Shown here: one piece after another, positions 38,448 to 48,082 of the stretch
Position numbering within the stretch: position 1 is the stretch's first letter
How the letters are laid out: the number at the start of each line of letters is the position of its first letter
NCBI GenBank assembly: GCA_048938385.1
Contig: JBHLMG010000006.1
Location: 32,001-96,000 of the forward strand
Length of the DNA: 64,000 nt
Reading direction: 5' to 3'
Source: Promethearchaeota archaeon
GTDB taxonomy: Archaea; Asgardarchaeota; Hermodarchaeia; Hermodarchaeales; Hermodarchaeaceae
Translations under genes and position numbers: made by a program
Notes under the pieces: model-generated
What the model was told of the DNA's origin: nothing
What the model saw: only the letters and a program-made list of their open reading frames with translations
Database searches by the model: none

Positions 38448-39436
38448 CTTACCTTACCCGCAAATTTCTTCATGAACTTGGTAAGTTCATCTTGTGTCGG
38501 AAGCGCCGTCATGGCCCCGATTTTTGTGATAACTAGCGAAGCGACAGCCGTTCCTTGAGCAACTGCTTCACGAAGACTTGTTCCCTTGGCTAATCCAACC
38601 AGCAAGCCGGCGTTGAATCCATCTCCCGCCCCAGTTGTATCTCGAACAGGAATATCGAAAGGAGATTGAGTAAATTGATCAAGTGTGCCATCGTTAGATT
38701 TGGTTGAGATTAAGCTCCCTTGGTTTCCTCTTTTAAGACAGATAGTATGGGGACCAAGTTCATGTGCTTGGATGAGCGCATGTTTCATGTTTTTCGTGGC
38801 AAACAAGGCCTCAAGTTCTTCTTCAGAAGGAAGGAAAATATCAACGGTCTTTAGGACCTGACGCAAAGTGCGTTGATAGCCTTCTAAGCCATCAACCCAA
38901 AGATCTAAACGAAGGTTTGGATCGAACGAAACGATTGCTCCGTGCGATTGTGCTAGTTCAATAGCGTGTATAGTTGCTTGACGACTTGGCTCTCGAGTTA
39001 AACTGACCCCGCCGAAGTGCAAGTATTGTACCCCTTGTAACCAATCCTGTGGTAATTCGTCTTGGGTGAGAAGAGCATCAGCACACGGTTCACGATAAAA
39101 AAGGAAATCACGATCGCCAGCTTTTGATCGACTGACAAATGCTAACGCCGTGGGCGCCTTGTTCGTGCGGACGATGCCTTTGGTATCTACACCGTTTCGA
39201 TTTAACTCCTCTACTAGAAACTCACCAAAGGCATCTAATCCCACCTTGCCGATAAAGCCAGTATGTACGCCTAGACGGGCGACGCCTACAGCCACATTTG
39301 CTGGGGCCCCACCAGGACATTTCAGAAAGGATGACACTTCGAAGAGACGCCCCTCTTCTTTGGCGATGAAATCGATGAGGACTTCACCGAGACAGCATAC
39401 TGTAGGAATTGTTTCGGGTGAACGAGAGGAGATCAT
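38444..39436 (-). CDS. PfkB-family carbohydrate kinase (fructokinase-like)
   Basis: GEVLIDF, GGAPANVAVG, FDPNLR, DTTGAGDGF. Confidence 0.92.
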   Translation of the reverse strand: MISSRSPETIPTVCCLGEVLIDFIAKEEGRLFEVSSFLKCPGGAPANVAVGVARLGVHTGFIGKVGLDAFGEFLVEELNRNGVDTKGIVRTNKAPTALAFVSRSKAGDRDFLFYREPCADALLTQDELPQDWLQGVQYLHFGGVSLTREPSRQATIHAIELAQSHGAIVSFDPNLRLDLWVDGLEGYQRTLRQVLKTVDIFLPSEEELEALFATKNMKHALIQAHELGPHTICLKRGNQGSLISTKSNDGTLDQFTQSPFDIPVRDTTGAGDGFNAGLLVGLAKGTSLREAVAQGTAVASLVITKIGAMTALPTQDELTKFMKKFAGKVS

Positions 39437-39463
39437 AATTTAGCACCTCATCTATTTACTCAT

Positions 39464-40234
39464 TTAGAAAGTGAAATTGGAACCGTCTTTGGCAACATGG
39501 ATTTTTCCCTTAAAATGCTGAGCAGCCCCTGCAATCAAGGTTTGTTGATTTAGTGCCCGTACGCGGCTGGTGTGTATGAGAATGAGCGATTCGACCTCTG
39601 CCTTAGTGGCATCCAGCCCAGCCCCTTCCGGACTTGAATGCCCCTTTGCAACGGCTAAGGTATGAACACGGGTTGGAAAAGTACAATCATGGAAGAAACC
39701 TTGTGCGCCCTTTGCTAGAGCAAGGAGAGTTGAACAATTGGGAGCCGTGTCAGGTGCAAACACGATTTTTTTACTACCTTGAACCAAGGCGAAGGCAGCT
39801 GCCATCGTAGTATGACAAGTTGCTGCAGTCCAGATCTGGGTCTGCGTGTGTGACAAGGTGACAAGGTGTTTAGGGTTGCTTGGTGTGAAGGGTTGAAAAC
39901 TAACAAAATTCGGGCTACCACTGGGAAGGTAAAACCGGATGAAGGTCTTAAGCTGATAGAAGGCATTCACCGGGCAAAACACGGTGAGGGGAGTAGTACG
40001 ATGATTCCGCTTCATTCTGCGTAAAAGTGCTCCAAGGAATATGATGTGATCAAGATGCCGATGAGTTATGAAGATGTGGTTGACATTAAGTAAATCTCGA
40101 CGAAACCCTAAGAGGCGTCTTGTTCCTGCGTCAATTAGAATGGTTTCATCATCTCCGAGTTCTACGAAAAAACTCGACCAACTACTCTTTAGAGTAGGAA
40201 CAAAGGATGAGCTTCCGAGAACCTCGACACGCAT
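39464..40234 (-). CDS. RNase Z-like MBL-fold hydrolase
   Basis: LG.S, IDAG, THRHLDH, DT.P, HDCTF, GHSS, LIH motifs; no obvious exosite arm. Confidence 0.75.
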   Translation of the reverse strand: MRVEVLGSSSFVPTLKSSWSSFFVELGDDETILIDAGTRRLLGFRRDLLNVNHIFITHRHLDHIIFLGALLRRMKRNHRTTPLTVFCPVNAFYQLKTFIRFYLPSGSPNFVSFQPFTPSNPKHLVTLSHTQTQIWTAATCHTTMAAAFALVQGSKKIVFAPDTAPNCSTLLALAKGAQGFFHDCTFPTRVHTLAVAKGHSSPEGAGLDATKAEVESLILIHTSRVRALNQQTLIAGAAQHFKGKIHVAKDGSNFTF

Positions 40235-40308
40235 GTCATTGTTCACATCCAGTCAAAAGCCGGAGGCATGGTGTGTAGTGGGAGAAGGGCAAAACTCCTT
40301 CTAAAACC

Positions 40309-40914
40309 TTAAGGAACATCGACCTTGCTTGATTCTAACTCGTTTTCTGTTTTGTGGGGTTCAGGAGGAGGAGACCTAGTCGTAAGCGCTTCGATGCGCT
40401 CGACAACATAAAGAAGTATTGCTAGGAGCCATTTTTCAGGTTGATTTATTTTGCACTCGATGGCTATTCCAAAGGGTGAGGGGTGATCCTTGAACCGGAT
40501 GCGCGCTACTCTGGATGTGGTGCTTCGCATCAAGGTGATTTCCGGTGTGATGGGAATGAATCTAGCTAGTATCCGCCGTTGAGGATCTTGAAGGAGAAGT
40601 TGGTTGGAGGATACTGAAGAACGGAGGGAGAAATGTTGTTTTTCAGCAGAATAGAGCGTGAACCTTTGGATACCATCAAAGGATTTCACTCGAATTGTAA
40701 GGGCATTTGGTTCAGGAGACTGCATCGCGTGGATTTGGTAGCGCGGAGGTGCTGTAGGGTGCCGGGAAACCTGGTAAAGGATATCGCCATCTGCGTTTGT
40801 TAAATCTAATTTCCATTTATGAGTATCGAGACGGGGAAGTATACGATATAGTTCACTCAGAGGTAGGGTGTCTGATGAAGACTGCTCCGGTGGTAGATTA
40901 TTTCTGGGAACCAT
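40309..40914 (-). CDS. hypothetical protein (possible Tubby/LURP-one-like beta-barrel)
   Basis: Beta-strand-rich pattern followed by one hydrophobic C-terminal helix; fold call is tentative. Confidence 0.5.
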   Translation of the reverse strand: MVPRNNLPPEQSSSDTLPLSELYRILPRLDTHKWKLDLTNADGDILYQVSRHPTAPPRYQIHAMQSPEPNALTIRVKSFDGIQRFTLYSAEKQHFSLRSSVSSNQLLLQDPQRRILARFIPITPEITLMRSTTSRVARIRFKDHPSPFGIAIECKINQPEKWLLAILLYVVERIEALTTRSPPPEPHKTENELESSKVDVP

Positions 40915-40949
40915 GCTCAGATACTCCTAAAGAGAGCTAAGGATCAACT

Positions 40950-42560
40950 TCAAGGTAAGGGAGGGGTTATAGTGCGACCTCGCGGATATTCTACTTGGAA
41001 GGAGTAAGTGATTTTAGCCTCTCCTTCGGGAGGAACTTCGAGTTCCCAAGTGAGTACTCCCAGTTCATCCTTCTGAGGTTCGGGGCGGAATTTTCGATCC
41101 TGAACTTTGATGACTTCGGAATCGCTGTGAGGCGTACGATCCATTACCTTAATGGGGCTCATTTTCTTCCGGTAGTTTTTAACCGTCAGAGCGTAGGTGT
41201 AATCACGAGCGATATTGCCCTTGATTAAGCCTTTCTTTTCCGTGCTTTTTTCTACTAGCTTCTTTTCAACCTTCAAGTCGTAGGTGAATCGCATCCCTAC
41301 ATCGACTTTTTCATTTGGTGCAATGAGTTCTAGATGGGTTTCGCCAAGGTATTCATCTCCACTGTAAACCCGTGCCTTTCCTGGAAGGAGGACTGTTACA
41401 CCATTTTCAATTGTCGTGACTTCAACTGCTTCAGCAAAATCCACGGCATTCCAGAAGAACTTCCGGTCAGACTTCATTTTGGAATAACTGGTTCGGAATG
41501 CGTGAGGTTCACCATCAGAAGGCACTTTAACTTTATCCGGAAGGACAAACACAAAGACACCTCCTATCTCCACCGATGTCGCCACAACTGGTGGAGGAGC
41601 CATCTCAGGTAGAGGTTCTTCTAACAAGTCCAACTCTTCAGCTTCTGCATAATCTTCGTCTTTGGTCGCTCCGGCGGCGGCTGTCACACGTGCCATCTCT
41701 TTTCGCATGGTAGGAGCTGCAGGCCGTGGTGGTGGAGGAGCATAGACTTGTATGAGGTAGGGAGAGGGGTTAGTTATGGTCGCAGGGCGTCGTGACGCTG
41801 TGGAAACAGTGAGTTGCACATTTTCCCAATCCTCTTGAGTATTGTTGTGGACTACCGTATACATGGTCATATCGGTAGTATCTTCAGAGAGGATGAAATC
41901 ATAAGTTGGAGACCAAGCCGCCCGAGACACGAAGTAGGACAGCTTGAACTCGCATTTTCCAGGTTTATGGGCTTCAACATTGATGAAAACGCTGTGCGTG
42001 ATTTCGTATTGCCTAACCTCACTGCGGAACTTGTCTATTTCTCGTGTGACAATCGCGATCTCTTTCTGAAGCTTTTCAAGGTCGTCGTGTAATTTCATCT
42101 GGGTTTTGTACAGCTGATCTAGTTGTTTAGTGACGAGGATTTCAAGTGAACTAAGCCGGTCTACTTCACTTTCACCCGCAGGAATCCAACGAGAAAATTC
42201 CCCAGCTGACCCTTCTAAAACTTGCGAGTAGAACGCCATTCGTTTATTTATTCGTTCCAGTTCACTTTGGATTTGGCGTCGATTCTTCTCTAAATCCTCA
42301 CGCTGTTTGAGTAATGTGTCAAGCTTATCGTAACCACTAACTTCCACAGTGGTATCTATCGTGTCAAAGCTTAGAATAGTGGCATTTCCTCGACCAGATA
42401 CACGGACGCTTTCTGCATCGAGGTATCGGGTGAGGTTTGAAATCTGGAGTTTATGAAGCCCTGGTTGGAGTTCAAGGCTTCCTTTTCGTTCGATTTTTGC
42501 TCCATCACGATAAATAGTAACTGCATTAATTTTTGTCTTTAATTCAGGTAGTTTTGTCAT
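40950..42560 (-). CDS. DUF4140/DUF4139 (MuiA-like) protein
   Basis: I.AVTIY.DGA, coiled coil, LSY.V..A.W.PTYD, NNTQEDW..V.LTVST, LLPG.ARVY, G.L.WEL. Confidence 0.88.
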   Translation of the reverse strand: MTKLPELKTKINAVTIYRDGAKIERKGSLELQPGLHKLQISNLTRYLDAESVRVSGRGNATILSFDTIDTTVEVSGYDKLDTLLKQREDLEKNRRQIQSELERINKRMAFYSQVLEGSAGEFSRWIPAGESEVDRLSSLEILVTKQLDQLYKTQMKLHDDLEKLQKEIAIVTREIDKFRSEVRQYEITHSVFINVEAHKPGKCEFKLSYFVSRAAWSPTYDFILSEDTTDMTMYTVVHNNTQEDWENVQLTVSTASRRPATITNPSPYLIQVYAPPPPRPAAPTMRKEMARVTAAAGATKDEDYAEAEELDLLEEPLPEMAPPPVVATSVEIGGVFVFVLPDKVKVPSDGEPHAFRTSYSKMKSDRKFFWNAVDFAEAVEVTTIENGVTVLLPGKARVYSGDEYLGETHLELIAPNEKVDVGMRFTYDLKVEKKLVEKSTEKKGLIKGNIARDYTYALTVKNYRKKMSPIKVMDRTPHSDSEVIKVQDRKFRPEPQKDELGVLTWELEVPPEGEAKITYSFQVEYPRGRTITPPLP

Positions 42561-42660
42561 AGCCTTCTACCTCGATATCAACGAATATTGTTTTACTCAA
42601 GGTTTGAGGTCTGTATTCAAAAACCTTCTGGACCTTTTTTTCATTCAGGAAGAGGTGTTC

Positions 42661-43455
42661 TCATACATCATCATTGTGCCTTCCCTGTTTCGTCTTGTAA
42701 AGAGGAGATCGTTGAGCTTCAAAGTCTGAAGTTGGAGGAACACCTAATCGGGGGAGTATTTGGAGGAGGCTGTATCCAAGAGTAACGGTGAACAGAGTTG
42801 CGATAGCGACTTTCGTGGGTGTAATGATGCCAGCCGTTAGCCACAAGAACTGCAAGAACTCTGGTGTCCACCCATAGAACAACCAGTAGGCTTGACCGGG
42901 GATGAGAATGAAGACGCGAAGAAGTATATCAGCCTCAAGACCAATGACGACGGCGAAAAGGAGACCAAGCCATTGACTGCGTGTTGGGTTCGAAGGCCAC
43001 CATTGGCGTGCTCGGAGTAATGAGAAGAGCAGGAGAATGAGATATCCAAGGAGGATATCCCAGATCCCAATGAGTGGTAGAAGCCAGGAGACTGGAGAAA
43101 GAAAATACCCAATGAGGAGAAGCGTGTAGAACACAAGGACAGGCTTCCATCGTCGTTGATAGACTAGGGCAGTGCAAGCGGCGCCAAAGGCAGCTCCGAG
43201 CATGAAGAGGAATTCAAATGGATCACGATAATAGATGAAGTGTCCTAGAAGGCTTCCAAATCCGACAGAAATTGCCCCATAGATGGGACCGAGGAGTACT
43301 CCAATGAGTGGGTGAAACAAAAAAAGCCATGACGCCCAGATCCCACTGTAGAGTCCAGGGATGATAGGTATCGCATCAAAGATGGCTGCAAGGGCAGTGA
43401 AAATGGCTATATAAGTGACAAAGCGACTGCGGTTCTGCTGGACTGCAAGGGCCAT
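42661..43455 (-). CDS. ECF transporter S-component-like membrane protein
   Basis: AIFTALAA and PLIGVLLGPIYGA motifs; multiple TM segments. Confidence 0.6.
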   Translation of the reverse strand: MALAVQQNRSRFVTYIAIFTALAAIFDAIPIIPGLYSGIWASWLFLFHPLIGVLLGPIYGAISVGFGSLLGHFIYYRDPFEFLFMLGAAFGAACTALVYQRRWKPVLVFYTLLLIGYFLSPVSWLLPLIGIWDILLGYLILLLFSLLRARQWWPSNPTRSQWLGLLFAVVIGLEADILLRVFILIPGQAYWLFYGWTPEFLQFLWLTAGIITPTKVAIATLFTVTLGYSLLQILPRLGVPPTSDFEAQRSPLYKTKQGRHNDDV

Positions 43456-43512
43456 AATTTAAGGCTACCCCTTAACTTCGAATTTAAGCACTCACCTCAT
43501 ACCACTCCTGCT

Positions 43513-44220
43513 CTAATAGACCATCAGCTGCGCATTCTGTAACGAGAATTTAATTTCCTGCTGTCCGTTCTTTAGCGCAATTCCCATATGTCCAGGACAT
43601 AGAATTTCAACAGGAAGCTTGCTGATCCGAGTAATGGACTGTTTTAATTGCTCCCCATTACCTGTAGGTAAATCGTATCTACCAAAGCTACCATGTCGAA
43701 ACACTACATCTCCCGATATCAACAGCTTTTGCTGTGGCTCAAAGAAACACAAACTTCCTGCTGAATGACCAGGAGTAAGTAATACTTGAAAGGTGAAGTC
43801 ACCGACTTTAAAGGCGTCTCCATCCTGGAGCTTCCGTGCCACGGGAATGGGCGGTAATGGTGGTAGATCCAATAATTGTGGGTACACGATAGAGCTATCT
43901 CCCGCCTCTAGTAGATTTCCCTCCACTTCAGACACCCATACCTCTGCATCTTTCGCATCTTGGAGAAACCGCGGGGTTGACATAGCATGATCGAGATGAG
44001 TGTGAGTGAGGATCAACCGGTCCAAGTTTTTTAGGTCAAAGCCCAACTCAGTAATTGCTTCACAGGTGTCTGAGTAAAAATTCTCCAACCCCGCATCAAA
44101 CAAGACAAATTGATCCTCTCTATCTTGCACCAGGAAAATGTTCGAATCGGGAAGATAGCTCTGGCGCGCTTCAATCCAGTAGAATCCATCCAAGATCTTC
44201 CGCGCAGTTTTGGTCGTCAA
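43513..44220 (-). CDS. MBL-fold metallo-hydrolase (glyoxalase II-like)
   Basis: THTHLDH, TPGHSAGS, SGD, GRYDLP, PGH. Confidence 0.9.
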   Translation of the reverse strand: MTTKTARKILDGFYWIEARQSYLPDSNIFLVQDREDQFVLFDAGLENFYSDTCEAITELGFDLKNLDRLILTHTHLDHAMSTPRFLQDAKDAEVWVSEVEGNLLEAGDSSIVYPQLLDLPPLPPIPVARKLQDGDAFKVGDFTFQVLLTPGHSAGSLCFFEPQQKLLISGDVVFRHGSFGRYDLPTGNGEQLKQSITRISKLPVEILCPGHMGIALKNGQQEIKFSLQNAQLMVY

Positions 44221-44333
44221 GCTTGATTCAACCTCTTCACTGATTCGTTATTTCGCGGGTACATTGTAATTAAGCCTAGTCATCGTTCTAGCTGTGACAC
44301 CCTGTGGGTTTTCCACTTGCTGTGAAATCCCCA

Positions 44334-44349
44334 GAAAAAGTCTTTATAT
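44334..44349 (+). promoter_or_regulatory. BRE + TATA box
   Basis: GAAAAAG-TC-TTTATAT with no + strand CDS downstream. Confidence 0.5.
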
Positions 44350-44369
44350 CCTCCATATTACCGAGACCT

Positions 44370-44507
44370 AGTAGTGAGTAGTATCTAGACAATAGGAGGG
44401 GAATACCTAACCTTATACCCGCACAAGCATCAGTGGGAATGAGCTCTCCCAGTCTCTGACTCCCACAGCGGAGTCTTTGAGGCCCGCAAGGGCCTTTTTT
44501 CTTTTTT
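44370..44507 (+). ncRNA. candidate small structured RNA
   Basis: Lies between a TATA box and a hairpin + T-tract; three consecutive stems; no ORF. Confidence 0.35.
44480..44507 (+). terminator. hairpin + oligo-T terminator
   Basis: AGGCCC-GCAA-GGGCCT followed by TTTTTCTTTTTT. Confidence 0.65.
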
Positions 44508-44515
44508 AATTGGAG

Positions 44516-45154
44516 TTAGCGTGGAGCAAAGCGTTGATTTAGCCAAGGATCAGCGTCCTGGTGATACCCGCGTTTTTCCCAGAACCCGAGAACTACTTCC
44601 TCGAGGAAGGAAACGCGACGCACCCATTTGACGCCTTTATATGCATAAAGCCGGGGAATGACAACACGGAGAGGCCAGCCATCTTCCACTTTGAGGGGTT
44701 CATCGTTACGATTCCATGCAAAGATTACATCATCTTCTATTGCTACCTCTAAGGCGATACCAGAGGTGTATCCGCCTTCAGAATGGAAGAGAACAAAATT
44801 CGCAGACGGTTTAGGCTTAACGCGTTTTGCAAGTTCTTTGAAGAGAACACCCTCCCATTTGTTATCAGGAACACTCCAAGATTCCACACAGTGAAAATCA
44901 CTTATCTGCGTTGTGACAGGTAATGCATGAAATTCTTTAAAGGAGAACACGGTTGGATTTTCGACTTCTCCATCAACGGTGAGCGTCCATGTATTGGGAT
45001 CGAAGGATTCAGGCATAGGTTCTGCGGAACGAACGGGGAATCCTGTGATCCAATGTTGCCCTGGTGGAAGGCGGGGTTTTTGTGGCACGAGAGTTAACCT
45101 CGGTATGTGTTTCGCATCGTCGTTGTTCAAATAGCCTTCGAATTTTCCGTTCAT
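44516..45154 (-). CDS. sulfite oxidase-like molybdopterin oxidoreductase
   Basis: RLPPGQ, DFHCVESWS (Mo-ligand Cys), GWPLRVVIPRLYAYKGVKW, GFWE.RGYH. Confidence 0.88.
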   Translation of the reverse strand: MNGKFEGYLNNDDAKHIPRLTLVPQKPRLPPGQHWITGFPVRSAEPMPESFDPNTWTLTVDGEVENPTVFSFKEFHALPVTTQISDFHCVESWSVPDNKWEGVLFKELAKRVKPKPSANFVLFHSEGGYTSGIALEVAIEDDVIFAWNRNDEPLKVEDGWPLRVVIPRLYAYKGVKWVRRVSFLEEVVLGFWEKRGYHQDADPWLNQRFAPR

Positions 45155-45247
45155 CAAGCACAGATTCTTTGGGTACGAGGATGCCGCATTGAGTAGGGAT
45201 AAATAGTTTGGATTCGGGATTTCCCTGATGCTAAAGGTGTACAGATT

Positions 45248-45478
45248 ATGCGAAGCTACCTAAAGATTTTCATAAGTAGTGAAGGTGCTGCACCTAGCGA
45301 GGTTGTGGAGCGACTCATGAGGATGGGTTTCCAACCAACCGCTGGTAACTATGATTTTGTGATTGAATGGGATGAGAACGGTTCGGTGCAGGATATGATT
45401 CAGGTAGCGAATCAAGTGCACGCGACCTTGAAGGGATGCAATGTCATCTTCAAGATGGAAACGGTGCGCTCAAAGTAG
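45248..45478 (+). CDS. small conserved hypothetical protein
   Basis: SSEGA.PSEV..RL..GF....G.YDF pattern; GGTG RBS; fills the intergenic gap. Confidence 0.65.
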   Translation: MRSYLKIFISSEGAAPSEVVERLMRMGFQPTAGNYDFVIEWDENGSVQDMIQVANQVHATLKGCNVIFKMETVRSK

Positions 45479-45490
45479 GGTGTCACTGAG

Positions 45491-46603
45491 CTACTTTTCA
45501 ATGACCTTCATTATGAACTTGCCATCTTTGTAGAAGAGTTCGTCGTCAGCAAAAATTTTGCCGCCTTTGGTCATATCTGCTAGAAGATCCCAGTGAATCG
45601 CTGATTCGTTTTTCCCCCCTGATTCCTCAAAACCATGACCGAGAGCACAGTGGATAGTTCCAGTGAGTTTCTCATCAAACAAGATGTTCTTCGTAAACTT
45701 TGTGATACCTGGATTCGTGCCAATCGCAATTTCACCTAGTCGTTTCGCACCCTCGTCAATCTCGAGAATTTGATTCAGGAGGTCTTGGCCTTTTTCTGCG
45801 GTAGCTTTCGTTACCACACCTTTTTCAAATGTCATGGAGATATCTTCTACTTCCTTTCCCATGAAGATTCCAGGATAGGAGAAGCGAATAGTCCCTTCAA
45901 CGCTGTCTTCGACGGGGGATGTAAAGATTTCTCCGTCTGGCATATTCAAGTGACCATCAGCATTAACCCACTTGCGACCTGTGACCTTAGCGGTGAGATC
46001 GACATCATTGCTTTCAAACCGGACGCTGTTTTTCGTGTTGAGGTATTTGGTAATTTTTTCTTGTTTTTTACTAATTTCGTTCCAGAGCTTAATTGGGTTA
46101 GGCTTGTCAACTAGGCAAGCACCATATACGAACTCTTCGTATTCTTCAGTGCCCATGTTGCCCTCTTGCGCTAGACTAGCGCTTGGGTAGGGCAAAAGGG
46201 CGTACCATCCTTTTTTGAGCCGGGCAGTGAAAGCCTTTTGGAGTTCTGTGTGAGCCTTTGCCGACCGAGCTTGTTTGGCGGGGTCGACATTGGTAAGGGC
46301 TTTGCGATTGTCGCTAGAGTGGACAACGATGTAGCTATCCACCTTGTTGATGATGTCAAGGTTCAAGGGGTTAACATAATCGAGATGGTGATCTTGGGCG
46401 TATTTGAAGAAGAGCTCTTGGGCGCGTGGAAAATAAGCTCTTGTGAATGGATGTCCGCCTGCTTTGAGAATTTCTCGGGCAAGTTCAAGAACTAAAGGTT
46501 CAGCGAATGTAGGAGCGGAAATGCTCACGAGGTCGCCTTTTTTCACACCCAGTGAGTATTCAACGGTGAGTTGAGCTAGTTTGGAGATGCGCTCATCAAC
46601 CAT
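45491..46603 (-). CDS. M29 aminopeptidase (AmpS/AmpT family)
   Basis: NMPDGEIFTSP, LGEIAIG, LFDEK, HCALG, SAIHWD. Confidence 0.93.
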   Translation of the reverse strand: MVDERISKLAQLTVEYSLGVKKGDLVSISAPTFAEPLVLELAREILKAGGHPFTRAYFPRAQELFFKYAQDHHLDYVNPLNLDIINKVDSYIVVHSSDNRKALTNVDPAKQARSAKAHTELQKAFTARLKKGWYALLPYPSASLAQEGNMGTEEYEEFVYGACLVDKPNPIKLWNEISKKQEKITKYLNTKNSVRFESNDVDLTAKVTGRKWVNADGHLNMPDGEIFTSPVEDSVEGTIRFSYPGIFMGKEVEDISMTFEKGVVTKATAEKGQDLLNQILEIDEGAKRLGEIAIGTNPGITKFTKNILFDEKLTGTIHCALGHGFEESGGKNESAIHWDLLADMTKGGKIFADDELFYKDGKFIMKVIEK

Positions 46604-46675
46604 AGTATTCACCTGTTAATTGTGCTGCATGGAGGGAGAATGGGTGAAAAAAGCTTTGGATTTAGGAGATGCTGG

Positions 46676-47860
46676 TCATGGTGAAGAAGGGTTATTGCCG
46701 AAGAGGCGGTTTCGGAGTCGAGATGCGCGAACTCGAACTCCGTTTGCCCTACTCCCTAATGCGCTGAAGATACGGCTGAATTGCTTTTTCACGATAGCTC
46801 CGCTTAAAGGGCGTTCAAAGTCATCGATGCGGTCATAGATGGCTTTGGTCAGGATGGAAGGGTGGACTATTGTTAAGTGAACAGGGACCTTGTAATTCTC
46901 ATCGTGGGTTTGTGCTATGAAGTTTGCTAGGTCTTTTCGTCCTAGTCGGAGAGCCACTGATGCACGGTTGAGCTTCTTTAAGCGATGGGCATTCGTCTGC
47001 TGCTCAATGTGACCTTCGAGTGGATTGAGTAGCATGTGTTTGTTCAACTGGATGGCTTCCCAAGTGGTGGAAAAGCCTGCATGCATGATGATGCCTTTAC
47101 TCGAAGCCATGTCGCGGAGAAAGGGCTTTCGTCCTGTGGGGCGTAAAGCGATGTTGTTATGCGTTTCTTCTCGATTATATCCGTAGACACGGAATTGTTC
47201 CTCAGGAAACTTTTGGAGGAGCTTTAGGACATATTCCTCTCCTAGGTAGGGCAAGTAGATGAGGAAGTGATCTTCAATAGTCGCCGGATACTCACGCAGT
47301 TCTGCCTTCTCGATGAGAGGAAATAGCGTTCCGATCCCTAATCGTTTAGGTTCTTGGACATAATCGAGGGCAAAATAATGATGGCAAAGTGGAGTGCAGT
47401 AGAGGACAAGTCCCATTCCAATGATGAGGTCATGGAGAGGAACGGGAGGCCATACCTGTTTGAAATGAATAATGGAATGTTGATGATCCACCGAGATAAC
47501 GGGTTTTTGGAGTGCTAAGCCGGCTACGCAGGAAAAGCCTTCAAAGTCGGATATTACAGCATCATAGGCTTCTCTTCGAATGAATTTACGGACATTTTCA
47601 AAGATGCGGGGGAAGTGTCGAAAATGGATGAGGTTGTCCAAGAGTGTCCGGATTTGGTCCACACCTTGACCACTGAATCGTATTTTATAGCCAGGGATAT
47701 GCCACCACCGGTCTGTAAGACTTTGGGCATAGGAGGGAGGGGGAGGTCCGCTAAACAAGCTGTCAACCTGATGGCCATCATGAACTAGCTGGCGTATGAC
47801 ATCACGTGCCCGGTTGATGTGACCTTGCCCGTTGGTATTAATGCCATACAATATTTTCAT
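46676..47860 (-). CDS. GT-B glycosyltransferase (MJ1255/VC2487-like)
   Basis: MKILYGI...GQGHINRA, ISDFE, AGF.T..EA, EQ..NA. Confidence 0.85.
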   Translation of the reverse strand: MKILYGINTNGQGHINRARDVIRQLVHDGHQVDSLFSGPPPPSYAQSLTDRWWHIPGYKIRFSGQGVDQIRTLLDNLIHFRHFPRIFENVRKFIRREAYDAVISDFEGFSCVAGLALQKPVISVDHQHSIIHFKQVWPPVPLHDLIIGMGLVLYCTPLCHHYFALDYVQEPKRLGIGTLFPLIEKAELREYPATIEDHFLIYLPYLGEEYVLKLLQKFPEEQFRVYGYNREETHNNIALRPTGRKPFLRDMASSKGIIMHAGFSTTWEAIQLNKHMLLNPLEGHIEQQTNAHRLKKLNRASVALRLGRKDLANFIAQTHDENYKVPVHLTIVHPSILTKAIYDRIDDFERPLSGAIVKKQFSRIFSALGSRANGVRVRASRLRNRLFGNNPSSP

Positions 47861-48082
47861 CAAAATTCACAGCGTGGCTCATAATTTCTGTTACCGCACC
47901 AAATAGTTGTGAAAATGCTCGTTGTTCTCATTCTCGATTTTCCCCACATCGAGTTTGATTCCGCAATGCACTGCCCTACATAGGTGTATTTGGGGACCTT
48001 TAAGTTGGTACTTTTTAACTCCTTTATATTGATTTGCGTCAAAGATTCTATAAACGTCGCAATTTGATGAACCCTTTATAAG

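Noticed and set aside
44434-44470. Fluoride (crcB) riboswitch resemblance, GGGAATGAGCTCTCCC
   Set aside because: No complementary pseudoknot strand, no P2/CUGAUG element in the expected arrangement and no downstream same-strand gene.
47860-48042. 60-aa ORF upstream of the glycosyltransferase (similarly 20642..20833)
   Set aside because: Short, without motif or clear RBS, and overlapping probable promoter DNA; cannot be supported.
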